Positions 22,938 to 35,479 of a DNA stretch of 64,000 nucleotides are shown piece by piece; positions within the stretch are counted from its first letter, which is position 1, and the number at the start of each line of letters is the position of its first letter. The notes under the pieces were generated by a model. That model was not told where the DNA came from, ran no database searches, and saw nothing but the letters and a program-made list of their open reading frames with translations. The stretch covers positions 117,182,001 to 117,246,000 of the forward strand of contig NC_045697.1 in NCBI RefSeq assembly GCF_009834535.1, read 5' to 3'. A program made the position numbers and the translations under genes. The DNA is from Camelus ferus (Eukaryota).

Positions 22938-24855
22938 GTATTTTTGGATTAAGATTCCCTCTGGATATATGCCTAGGAGCGGGATTCCTGGGTCATATGG
23001 TAAGTCTATTCCTAGTCTTTTGAGGAATCTCCATACTGTTTTCCACAGTGGCTGCGCCAAACTGCATTCCCACCAGCAGTGTAGGAGGGTTCCCTTTTCT
23101 CCACAGCCTCTCCAGCATTTGTCATTTGTGGACTTTTGAATGGTGGCCTTTCTGGCTGGTGTGAGGTGATACTTCATTGTAGTTTTGATTTGCATTTCTC
23201 TGATAATTACCGATATTGAGCATTTTTTTCACATGCCTGTTGGACATTCATATGTCTTCATTGGAGAATTTTTGTTTAGATCTTCTGATCATTTTTGGAT
23301 TGGGTTACTTGTCTTTTTCTTATTAAGTTGCATGAGCTGTTTATATATTCTGGAAGTTAAGCCTTCATCAGTCTCATTTTTTGCAAGTATTTTCTCTCAT
23401 TCCGTAGATTGTCATTTTGTTTTGCTTATGGTTTCCTTTGCTGTGCAAAAGCTTGTAAATTTAATTAGGTCCCATTTGTTTATTCTTGCTTTTATTTCTG
23501 TTGCTTGGATAGACTGCCCTAGGAGAACATTGCTGATATTTATGTGAGATAATATTTTACCTATGTTTTCTTCTAGGAGATTTATTGTGTCTTGTCTCAT
23601 GTTTAAGCCTTTAAGCCATTTTCAGTTTATTTTTGTGTATGGTGTGAGGGAGTGTTCTAGCTTCATTGTTCTACATGCTGCTGTCCAGTTTTCCCAACAG
23701 CATTTGCTGAAGAGACTGTCTTTATTCCATTGTATGTTCTTGCCTCCTTTGTCAAAGATTCAATGACCAAAAGTTTGTGAGTTCATTTCTGGGCTCTCTA
23801 TTCTGTTCCACTGATCCATATGTCTGTTTTTGTACCAGTACCATGCTCTTTTGATGACTGTAGCTCTGTAGTGTTGTTTGAAGTCTGGGAGGGTTATTCC
23901 TCCAGCTTCATTCTTTTTCTTCAGTAATGCTTAGGCAATTCTGGGTCTTTTGTGATTCCATATAAATTTTAGTATGATTTGTTCTAGTTCTGTGAAAAAT
24001 GTCCTGGGTAATTTGATTGGGATTGAATTAAATCTGTAGATTGCCTTGGGTAGTATGGTGATTTTAACAATATTGATTCTTCCAATGAAAGAACATGAGA
24101 TATCTTTCCAATTCCTTAGGTCCTCTTTCATTCCTTTAGTCAGCATTTTGTAGTTCTCTGCATGTAAGTCTTTCACTTCCTTGATCAGATTTATTCCTAA
24201 GTACTTTCCCTGGGCATGTATCCAGAGGGAACCTTAATTCAAAAAGATACCTGCACCCCAATGTTCATAGCAGCACTATTTATAATAGTCAAGACATGGA
24301 GACAACCTAAATTTCCATCTACAGATGACTGGATAAAGAAGTTGTGGCGTATTTATACAATGGAAAACTGCTCAGCCATAAAAAATAACAAAACAATGCC
24401 ATTTGCAGCAACATGGACGGCCCTGGGGAATGTCATCCTAAGTGAAGTAAGCCAGAAAGATAAAGGAAAATACCACATGAGATCACTCAGATGTGGAATC
24501 TAAAATAGGAAAAGACAAAAAAACTTATTAACAAATCAGAAACAGGCTCACAGACATAGAAAATAAATTTATGGTTACCAGGGAGGATGTGGGTGGGAAG
24601 GGATAAATTGAGAGTTTGAGATCTGCAGATACTGACTGGTATATATAAGATAGATAAACAAATGTATACTGTACAGCACAGGGCACTGTATTTGATATCT
24701 TGTAGCAGCTTATGGTGAAAAAAAATGAAAACAAATACATGTGTATTAAGTGTGACTGAAGCATTGTGCTGTACACCAGAAACTGACACAACATTGTAAA
24801 CTGACTGTACTTCAATAAAAAATAAATAAAATAAAAAAAGAAAGAAAAAAAATTT
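22938..24855. mobile_element. L1 with 5' inversion: antisense ORF2 segment 22938-24206, sense 3' end 24208-24855
   Basis: Minus ORFs give L1 ORF2 peptides ([10 protein letters not shown]...GRINIVK...[24 protein letters not shown]...[18 protein letters not shown]). The plus ORF at 24216 continues [21 protein letters not shown] into the 3'UTR and poly(A). Confidence 0.92.
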
Positions 24856-27800
24856 TTAAAGTTGTTGATCAAGCAAGTTTCTGATAAACTGTATGATCAT
24901 TTAAAGGCTGGCATTTTATTTAATGAATTCCCAGCAGCTGGTGTCTGCATCATTTTTTAGGTCATCATATATATAGTTTTATTAATATGCCTTTAACTCA
25001 CTGTTTAAAATAATACAAATTTAGGCCAGAACTTCAAGTATTCTAGGTGCAATCTTTATTACTGAGGTCACAGAGTATTATTTATGATGTGTTTGTGTAT
25101 GCATGTGCTCTAATCGCCTGCAATAAAGATTCTTTTTGTAGATTTCTTTTTAATTTTTAGATTTCAACTTTTATCAATTTGAATCTGACTTGAATCTGTT
25201 ATATCAAGAAGAGTAATCTTTGAACTGCCTAGAGAATATGCATAAAGGCAGAAACGTGTTCACAATCAATAATTTTTACTTCTAGTTCTATTTTTTTTTT
25301 TTTGATTCTGTCTTCTGATTTAATGTTATTATAACTCTGGAATGTTTGCCTGTGTTTCTGGCCATGATCACAGTTGAAAATACCCAGTGTCACAACCAGA
25401 GGGTGGAGGGTTTCACATCAACAGATTCTGTGTTAACGACACACAAATGGAACATATTTGAATGCAGCCTTTAGCAGCTGCACCACTAGTTAATGGGAAA
25501 CTCAGTCCCACAGGCCAGCTTACAGAGTCATAAGTGGAAATGAACTGCCAAGTGAGGCTCAACATAATAAGCAACTTAGCTGCCTATGACCCTTTCCTAG
25601 CGTTTACGGAAAAGTGAGACCTAGGACACAGTTTCATCGATTTGCACTTTTTTAATCTATTTCCTATCTGTCTATGTCATTACTGTGACATGGCTCTGGC
25701 CAAAGCCAGATCTCTTACTGGAACTCTTGGACAGCTTTCCCGGGACTCACGCAACCAGTCAGGAGTCCTTAACCTCAATCGCTTCCCGGCCCTGCTCTAC
25801 GGCAAGGTCCTTGGTCTTAGACGCACGCTGGAGTCACCTGTGCAGCATTTAAAATCATACAGTCATCCAGACCCCATCGCTAGAGACTTGCTTTAATCAG
25901 TGTATTGTACTCAGGCACTGAGTATTCTTAAGCATTTTTACAAAGCTCTCTAAGGGAGTCTAATATGTGGCCAGAGCTGAGAATCTATGCTGTGTTATGC
26001 GACACTGTGGTTCCCACCCTGTACATTTTCAGACACTCAAGAAACATAAAAATCTAGAGTCAAGAATAAAAAGCTTGGAAGTAAGCTTAGAAATTATTAA
26101 TGGATTCTTTTCAGACAGGAATCTGTCTTATCACATTTCTGATGGGTAGTGATCCAGTGTTGATAATGTCCCAGTGCCATTTTATTTCTGACAACTCCAA
26201 ACTTGTTTCTTAAGTCTAAGCCAAAATATCTTTTCTTTTCGTTTTCACTCAGAATTTCTGTGGGGTTTTTTTTGGTTTTTTTTTTTTTTTTGGAGAAGCT
26301 TTGGGACTGGATAATTTTACTGAGTGTTTATTCATATATCTTCACAGTGTCCTTTTGAATACTGGTGGATTTATCCACTGGACATCAATGTTAAATGTTT
26401 TTTAATGGATGCATGTTTTGAATCATTTCATTGTTATTTATAACAAACTCTGCCTGTCCCTTTTCTGCATTTAAACAGGTCTCAGTGTTCTGCTCTACAA
26501 ACTGTAGAGGACAAAAAGCTTCTAGTTCTGAAGGCTTAGAGCTGGCAGTAAGTTACAATTTCATTCAGCTGAGTTGGAAAATCAAAAGCCTATGGTTAAG
26601 TTCCATCTCCACTATTAATAAGTGAATGTGGGTGCAAGCAAGTAGCCACTGTATGCACAGTGCTCTATCTGGAGTGGTTGAGCCTTTGGTCTGAGCTTTG
26701 GATGGACCGCGCTCAATCTGATTGATGGTTAATGGTTTCTTCTCTGTTGCAAGCCCTCAAGAATCAGGTAGCAGGGCATCATCAGTTACTGCCATTTCCA
26801 CCCACTGCTTCCTCCAGTTCCCCCTCTCCTGGCTATCCTTCCCTCCTGCCCTCCTTACTTTCACAGTGACTGAGCAGACGTGGTCAGTTTCTCTAAAGCA
26901 GAGATGAAAGCTATTACCTTTTTGTTTGTTTGTTTGCATTTTTCTCACGTCATCCCTTAATCAAGCGATCTTTCAGGGTGAAAATGAACATGAGTGAAGC
27001 GGAGACATAATTGGACATTTTGCTGCTGTGTCTGACATTTGATTCTAGAAGCACATTGAAATTCTGTGCTTTAGTCCTTAAATGAATATAGAAATGCCAA
27101 TTATAGATTCATTTCTTTGACTTAAATTTTCTTCTTTTGATAAATACTATCACATTTGTTTCCCCCTGTAATGGGAAACATGGAGGGAAAAAAATTACAC
27201 ACATTTTTTTTTTCCCTCAGTGTGAAATAAAGTAACTTGCGCTCCAGGGGTGGTTAAGAAGATTGTGGTCCTTTCTTCCTATGCCAGTATCCTCACTTCC
27301 TCTTCATGCGCTGCGTCTGTGCTTGTGTCGGGAAAGTACGACCATTGGCATTCTAGGCTGCCATTTGTATTTTCCAGGTCAGCAGAGCCTCCCAAGGTAT
27401 ATTATTTCCCCTCACATTTTCATTGTTTGCCTTTTCTATTCTGCACAAGCAAATCTGATCCATGCTTTTATTCATTTTGCTCAGAAGATTTGATGACAGA
27501 AGTAGAAAACAGTGAGACCGTCTGCCTCTTCACCTTATGCTAGTTGTGTCTTCTGGAAGCAAAGCCTTGGTGGTAAATGGATGTCTATGTGGGTACAAGG
27601 CAGAGGAAGTAGCCACCAAGATGGCTAGCTTCCAAGGCTCTGTGGCGGTGAAGCCGCTGTGACGGCGGTCCCTTGGGCTCTGGGCCAGGCAGAGCGTCTG
27701 CGTGGTCGTCTTATTGCCTGGGTGATCAGCATCACAGCCGGTGTGACGCACAGCTGACTTCTGCCAGCCTGTACCACGCGCAGCCTGTGGTCCGCAGTGC

Positions 27801-30002
27801 ACACAGAGAAGGAGCGTTCCTTATGGAAACGAGCCTTCACTCTCATCGGCTGGCACGAGGCATTTATGAGGGTCATCGCGCCCTTCATTGGCACCTGGCG
27901 GGGGTGGGGGCTGCTCTTAGGCAGATGGTGCTAATTCATTTTCAGCTACAATTTTTACTTTACTCACAGGCTGGTCTTCTGGAAACCTGTCAGATGAATG
28001 TGAGAAAAACAGACATGGTTTTTTTTTTAAAGATGTAGTAAATGACAAACAGGAGAGGAAATAACTCTCTCATACATAAGGGGGTCCATTGTGTACAGAC
28101 ACTCCTTGTTCAGGACAACTGTTATAATATTATTTACATCATTTAGTAGTCAATACGTGTATATACATACAAACCCACTGCATTTACATTTATAACTAGC
28201 ATTTACAATTTTTCTACTTTGGAGGAAAATAGAAAACATGTCTCCTTGATTTATTACTTCAGATAGAGATAAACAAATAATGTAATCCTGCTTCAAGTGA
28301 AAATTCATACGTCCAGAGGCCTTAAAAACTAAATCATAATTACAGTGAATCGATTAATCAGAATAAATAATTAGCAGTTGACTCTGCTCACAACTGGTAG
28401 AGATTAATTTCTAAACCTCAAAGGGTATCGAAACAGGGCATTTTCAAAAATCAAAAGAAGACTACATTTTAAAAACATATCTTTCCTTTTGATTCATATC
28501 TTATGAAATGCAAGACACTGGGAAGACATGAAAAAGTGAGGAGTTGTAAGCAGAGTAGTAAGTAAGTAAACATTGATTTAGATTCTTCTTCTAACAACGT
28601 GGAAGGAACTTCTGAATTGCCAACATAATTTAAAATGCTGCTTGTACAAATTTTATTTCCAGGCATTAACTTTGATATTTATGCATGAGAAAATGATAAA
28701 GAACTTTCATTAATTTTACAATTTCACCAGGAAAAAAAAGAGTGCATTTATTGTAATATTCTTTCCTGTAGATTATAAATTCTTTCTTCTTATAAGATGA
28801 AATGCCACAGTTTCTATCTTTAAGAGAAAGACATCAGAGACTCACAGTCTTTTTTGTAATCAATGAAACTTTCTAGCCCCATCAAATGCTGTTTCAGACC
28901 CCTGCCAAAACTGTATTTTAACGCATTTTTTGTATTAATCATTTTGTATTTATTTAACATTCACTTCTAGCATTTTCATAGTGTATGATGCCAGTAATAA
29001 ATCACTTATTCATAGTATTGAACTGGGGGACGGAAAGATGAAGTGATGGAGATGGTAATGATAGATTATATAATTGCATACAAGCTCAGTGGTTTAAGAT
29101 GAAAGTTGATTAAAAAGAAATAAAAGGAAAAAAATCAAAATAGTCAAAAGATTCAGCATTGAGCCTTTCAAAGAGTTTAAACTTTCTGTAGGCTTTATCT
29201 AAGGCTGTTCATGTTTTATTAAGTTAAAAACATGTTTGCCTATTTCAGCACCTACTAATTATGATTTTTTTGATCACTAGAAAAATATACAAATAAAGTC
29301 TATTTTTCTCTTAAAAGATAGACATTCAGGTAGATGTAGTTCACTTCTATAAAAGTTATCCTCATCTAAAGACACGTTTTTATACTGCTAGATATAGAAA
29401 TGGGTATTTTCTACCTAACTGTCCTTCACTAACTAATCCATTCATTCTAGAAGCATGTTTTTGGTCCCGTACCACATACCAGCTCCAAACAGGACACCAT
29501 GAGAGTCTTTCTTGGGTGGGTCTCCTTGGTAAAATGCAAATGTATCATTTTTACCTGCCCTCCTCTGAATTTTTTTTCCACATCCAAATATGTGCTATCT
29601 TTTGCAACTTAGTTTATTTTTGAGAGTTTCCAAAGAAATCACACGGCTTCAAGTTGGACATTAACAGCATTCTTTAGAGACTTTTAATTCTGAGGATAAA
29701 ATATTTGAGGCTACAGTCAATGACCTAAAACCACAGGGTTTCATTATCTGCCCCAGCACTCAAGAGAACTAAAAATGATTTCCTGAGTTAGACTAGTGTC
29801 AGGCTCATAGCCACGTCCTTGGACTACTTTCATCTGATATCTGAGTGACCGCATATCTTGTCTGACATTATTCTCAGTCTTCTGCATCTGTATCAAGTAG
29901 TAAGACCTTCCCCCAGAATCTCAACTTTTGCTAAACTGTGGAAGAAAGTGCTTCTCTTTAATCATCAAAATATAATATTTATCTATTTTATATATCTTAG
30001 TA

Positions 30003-30085
30003 TCCACTCATGTATGACTGAAGCATTATGCTGTACACCAGAAATTGACACATTGTAAACCGACTATACTTCAATAAAAAATATA
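30003..30085 (+). mobile_element. Very short L1 3' end
   Basis: 'catgtatgactgaagcattatgctgtacaccagaaattgacacattgtaaaccgactatacttcaataaaaa'. Confidence 0.85.
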
Positions 30086-30357
30086 TAAATTATATGTATA
30101 TACATATATATATGTATACATATATACATGCACACACACACAAACCCCACAAACACTATGTATGTAAAAAAATAAAACCTGGATTGATAAAGACTGTTAA
30201 GTATGATGAAAAAAATATATAATATTTATGTTCCATCTAGTATTTTAGGGAAGAAGAACTCAAATCCACTTCTCTTCGATACCTATCAAGTTTCACTATA
30301 AGAAATATAACGGGCAATGTGACATTCAAATTGGCTCCAGGTCAACATCCTTCAATC

Positions 30358-30520
30358 CATAGGTCACAAGGCCATTTGTGGGTCAGGAAATTAATGTAAT
30401 AGTTCCTGGCCAACTTTTAAATAGTGAATGACATTAGAGTAAAATAGAAAATGTCAGAGTCCACCTTTCACAGTAAGTCATAGGCTGTTTCATTATGTGT
30501 GTGTTTATAGTTATATGTAC
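30358..30520 (+). mobile_element. hAT-Charlie (Charlie4z-like) fossil
   Basis: 'ggtcacaaggccatttgtgggtcaggaaattaat...aatagaaaatgtcagagt...agtaag' resembles the recalled Charlie4z consensus. Confidence 0.5.
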
Positions 30521-31384
30521 TAATATTTATTTTAGTATGATTCATAAAATACTTGATGTTTTGTCTTCATATGTTAATCTGTAACATCACTGAAGGATGT
30601 TCCTGGACTCTATAGTTCTGGTACCGTTTGGAAATTATTATTGAATTCCGCTTTGGAATACTGTTATCCGTTCACAACAAAGGGCAATTATAACACAACA
30701 ACAACTGCGTGAATTCTGTTGTTGATTTATTTGCTGAGGGAAATGGTAGATGTTCTTATTCCTTGAGGACTTGGACCACAGTCACTACTTTACAAGAATC
30801 CGCAGGAGAAATTTATTGTATCTATGCTAGCAATGATTCATGATTCTTCTGACAAGTTTACTAATTGACTTTCATTTATTTATTTTGGTAGAGACAGGTA
30901 GGAGTCCTGGAACAAAATTTGTAGACACTATTATAACAAGAAGACAGGATATTATGGCTTAAATATTATTCATTAATTTAATACTAATTTCATTTTATAT
31001 GTGGACATTTTTCAAATTTTTCTCTGCCTTATTCATTTATTTTTAAAAATGTTGGCATCCAGTTAGAAATTTACACATTCAGCATGGAATAAACACATCT
31101 GTACATAGACACCTCATAAATCAACCATAAGGAGTGAAAATGATGCTTGATTTGTCCCTTAAGGAGTCATTATAATAACCAGCTAACGGTGGGACTGAGA
31201 CTTTCAGGCCATGACCTTGAATACAACTTGTGACAAACTAGATGATCTAAATATTTTGGTCAGGGAATGTTACCTTTACACACTTAAATTCAATCTTTAA
31301 GGAATTCATAAATATCTGATTTTATAAAGTGTAGCCAATATATAAAACTATCACCATTTAGTGTTTGCAAGATGCTGAGTGTAA

Positions 31385-31620
31385 ATATTAAGACTGTAGA
31401 TTTTGGAACCTGAACCCCTGGCTTTCGGCTGTTCTCTGTCATTTACTAGCTACATCACCTAGAGTGAGGCATTAGCCCCACTATGACTGAACGCCTTATT
31501 CCCCAAATGGGGGCAATAATAGAATCTCCTTTGTAAGAATCACTTAAAGGGTTAAACTTTGAGTGCACACAAGGCTGAGAACACTATGTGGCTCACAGAA
31601 GTAACTCAAGCTTAGCGATT
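31385..31620 (+). mobile_element. MIR fossil
   Basis: 'tctctgtcatttactagctacatcacct...aaatgggggcaataatagaatctcct...ctatgtggctcacagaagtaactcaa'. Confidence 0.6.
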
Positions 31621-32423
31621 ATTTCCATCCTCTCTCTTCCACAGCTACGTTGCTTTTTTTCATAAAAACAACCCTTTTAATGCCTTCTCTTTTCTTTTTC
31701 CTTAACAGGTCTCAGGTCCTCCTCCTCCATTTCAACGATTTGCCATTTGAGAAGTCCAGAAAACCTTGCCACATGGTTCAGTCAGTTCAGTCCCTTAAAC
31801 ATTTCCTCTAGTTTTGGGCAATTTCACCGGTGCATTCTACATATTGGAGAAAAGAGAGCCTCTTAGGCAACTGGGATAAAGAAATGAAATGAAAGATTTC
31901 CAGAATGGGAGGGATAGGAATGTGTTGTGCATGTTGTGGCATCACTTTGATTTAAGTAATTGTCTGTATCTTTTGCTTTTAAGACCATGAAATGTTTTAT
32001 ACTTAACAATTCTATTGATATGTCTATCTTTTTTGCTCAAGATACTACTCAGAGTACAATAAAGATGTTTATGTGTGTTTTTCAGTTTTTACAACACTTA
32101 CTGAATACCAGCATTTATACTTTTGTGGTATTTAATGTAATGATTATGATTTTTTCTCTAAAAGCTTACTGTCTCTCCTACATGTCTACTCTCACTCTCT
32201 CTTCCAATTTTCTTATTGCATTTCCCCTTATATGTAACATCAAGAAAAGAAAGACGTGTCTGCCCTGTCACAAAGGTCTCCCCTACAACTCTGTGTGTAT
32301 ATCCGTTAGCTGTGGCCTTGTTATCAGTCATTACCGCACTGAAGAATCCAGCCAGTAAGACAGTTCTCACTCTTTGCGAAGGAGAGATCAGGAAATTATG
32401 AGAACAAGTTAATACACAATCTT

Positions 32424-32522
32424 CATTTGTTTCGTATTTTTTTAATGAAGGTACTCAGGATTGAATCCAGGAGACCTCATGCATGCTAAGCACCTGCTCT
32501 ACCACTGAGCTGTACCCTCCAC
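32424..32522 (-). mobile_element. Vic-1-like SINE
   Basis: 'gaaggtactcaggattgaatccagg...catgcatgctaagcacctgctctaccactgagctgtaccctcc'. Confidence 0.85.
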
Positions 32523-33256
32523 CAAATACACTGTCTTTGAAAGAGATTGAGGCCACAGCATATAAAAGGAACCCCGTGCCAAGAGGGTCCAGGAGAGTCG
32601 GTTCCTTCCCTCATACTGTTCCTGTTAGAAAAGCAGAGCTATTGGCAGTCCCCCAGGTGTGGTGCGTTCTTTGATTGGAAGCCCTCTACCTACTCGTCTG
32701 TTTACTTGTCCTTCAAGCAGCAGCTCTGACCCTGCCTTGTCTGAGACTTTCTTGACATTCAGAGACAGAATTAGGCTCAACTTCCTCTGTGACCCTGTGC
32801 GATGCCCCCATGGCAGCAGTTACCCAGACTCTGAGGGTCCCTTGGCCCGTGCCTCTCTGGCCTGGGGTTCCGCGTCATCGTATTCACAGATCCTACAGAA
32901 GTGCTTAGGGCAAAGTGCATGCGGTCGCAGTGACTGAGTCAGGGATTTAAAGATGCGTGGCAGAAATGTGGAGTTTCCTCCCTTTCTGATTAAAAGCAAT
33001 AAATATTATTGACTGGTGTGGGAAAAAATAGCATTGGATTTTTTTTTTTCTTGGCCTTCACTCTTCAGAGCAACATATAAATAAAATTAGGAAATCCATT
33101 TCTGTGTATCACATTTGAATATCAACTTTGTGACATTCGAATGGGAAATGAATTGGCTTGGACTGAATAAAGCTCACGGGTACTTCCTACTAGTACAGTA
33201 AGGTACTAAAGGTTGTTGCCTGATTTAATTAAAAACCAGATAAAATTGAAAAGTCC

Positions 33257-33387
33257 GGGAGGGTATAGCTCAAGTAGTAGAGCGCATGCTTAGCTTGCAC
33301 AAGGTCCTGGGTTCAAGCCCCAGTCCCTCCTCTAAAAATAAAATAAATAAATAAAACTAATTGCCTCCCCCTGCAATAATAATAATA

Positions 33388-33470
<83 letters not shown>

Positions 33471-33510
33471 CAAATAAAGTAAAATTTTTTAAAAAAGAAA
33501 GAAAAGAAAA
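33257..33510 (+). mobile_element. Full-length Vic-1-like SINE with microsatellite tail
   Basis: tRNA-like head 'gggagggtatagctcaagtagtagagcgcatgcttagcttgcacaaggtcctgggttcaagccccagt' (A- and B-box-like), then 'aaactaattgcctcccc' and an A-rich tail. Confidence 0.92.
33375..33467. repeat. Compound microsatellite ~(AAT)5(GAT)15(AAT)11
   Basis: Direct reading. Gives the poly-Y/poly-H artefact in ORF 33313..33531. Confidence 0.95.
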
Positions 33511-35479
33511 GTTACTGTGTGGATGCCACAATATTTAGTGCAGTCTTTTCTACCAAATATTCCACAGACTATTCAGAGAGAAGATCTGAAACAAAATAGC
33601 AAATAACCTGGGGGCGCTTGTATACATTATCTTGTCTTAGAGACTCTCAATCTACATTAGCTTATTAAAGTCTCTCAGAAGTCTTAAGAAAAATACATAT
33701 AACTTAACAAATGTATTTCCTAAGTGTGTTTGACCATATTAACATCCCAGGGGTTAGTGTTTCTAGGGAAAAAAAACTTTTAAGATCATTGATATAATGA
33801 ACAAATTGTATCATTTTTATCTACGTCTTGAGAAAGAAAAATAAAGAGAAGGTGCTTCGGTGGAATATGGTGCTCTCTTGAAAGTTCTATTCTTCATATT
33901 AGAAAATATTAAAATTGCACTTTCAACACAAAACTTACTCATAGGAGTTGTTGGCCTAGAGTTAGGCATCTGGAAAAGTAAATATAAAGGCAGTTGTGAA
34001 AGTATGAGACCAATTAAAGGGGAAACGGGAAGGATCTAACAGTGATTGCTTCCAAGGAGGTAATCATTAAATAAAATAAAACAGCACTGCAGGGAAAAAG
34101 GGCCACGTGAAGGGTGGAATCTGTTTGAGCTGAAATATACACACCTTTACTCTAAGTGATATTGACAAAGAAGATCAGTTCCAAGGACTCTCCTTGATCA
34201 TCTTCCTCACCTATTTTTCCAGCCAGCAGACGCAGATTCGCGTCCTTGACCTTACACCTTGAATGATGGGACGTCTGGAAAGAGTATTAGATCACCACAA
34301 ATCAGAGACGTCTTCAGGGGTTAGAGTCTAAGCAAAAAGCTATTTTTGAGAACAGATTGATGACCTTCGTTTGTCAGGTCTGCCAGATGGAAGTCATAAA
34401 CTGTGAATTCTCTCATTCTAGTGCATATTTTAGAAAAATATGATCTCTTAACTACCATGGAAGATTTGCAATCTTGATGTGCAGTATTCTGAAGTTATAT
34501 ATTTTCTTTGCTGCATTCTATATCATAACTAAACCTCTCTAAAGCACAAATGGGGATATAATTCCCTGGAGATATTTTCAAAAAAAAAAAAAAACAAAAC
34601 TAAAGAGAAATTTTTCTTTTATAGATGATACTTGCTGAAAAAGTATTGTTAAATTCTAACATTCATAAAGAGTAATCACAATGTAACAAATAGAATAGAA
34701 CTGGGAAATAATATCAGATATCTGTAGCTTTTTATTATGGGATTCTATTATGAAAAACAAAGCAATGAAACAAGCCTCTAGCAGCTTCTAAAAAGAGGAA
34801 TCAGGATGCCTGGATATCCCAGAAACTATAACCAAGAATTTACTGTACTAATAGCTTATCAGGAATAGCTAGATTAGGAATTCATTCATTCAGAAATTGT
34901 TTGCTAAGCACCTGTGTGGTGACCATGAGGATAAACACTAAGACTATGACAGTCAGCCTGGCAGATGCAGTTCTGGAACTCAAGAATCTTACAATCTAAT
35001 GGGGAGGATAGAAAGGAAGGCAGGGAGATACATTTTTGTAGAAAGTATTCAGTGATAATTGTATGAAAATATCTTCTATTGGAGGAGGTTATGAGTCAGA
35101 GAAAGATTCTCAGAGAAATTGACAACTAATTTACAAACCAAGGTATGAGCAGGTTCTAGAACGATCAGGACAAGAAGAGAAGAAGGATTAAAGCAGAGAC
35201 GAGAAAACTGTGTGAAGCTCTAAAGGTGAGGGAAATCACGGAGAATAACAGATGGGAGCCTTCAAGACTGACAACAGGAGACAGTGTGTGAAGCTACTGT
35301 AGTTTTCCAGTAGAAAGGTGAGTTGGGATAAACTTAGAGAGAAGCAGAGAAGACAGAAGGAGTAGATGTCTTTGAAACATAGTAAGTATCAGATAGAGAA
35401 CCTCTACCTCTAAGTAGTAAATGCTTTTCATGCATCGTGGTATCTATTCCTCCCAAATGTCTGTGAAGTAGATACATTT

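Noticed and set aside
33257..33330. Possible tRNA-Ala gene
   Set aside because: Followed by a SINE tail and present in multiple diverged copies in the window, so it is a tRNA-derived SINE head.
33313..33531. Poly-His/poly-Tyr ORF
   Set aside because: Translation artefact of the trinucleotide microsatellite.
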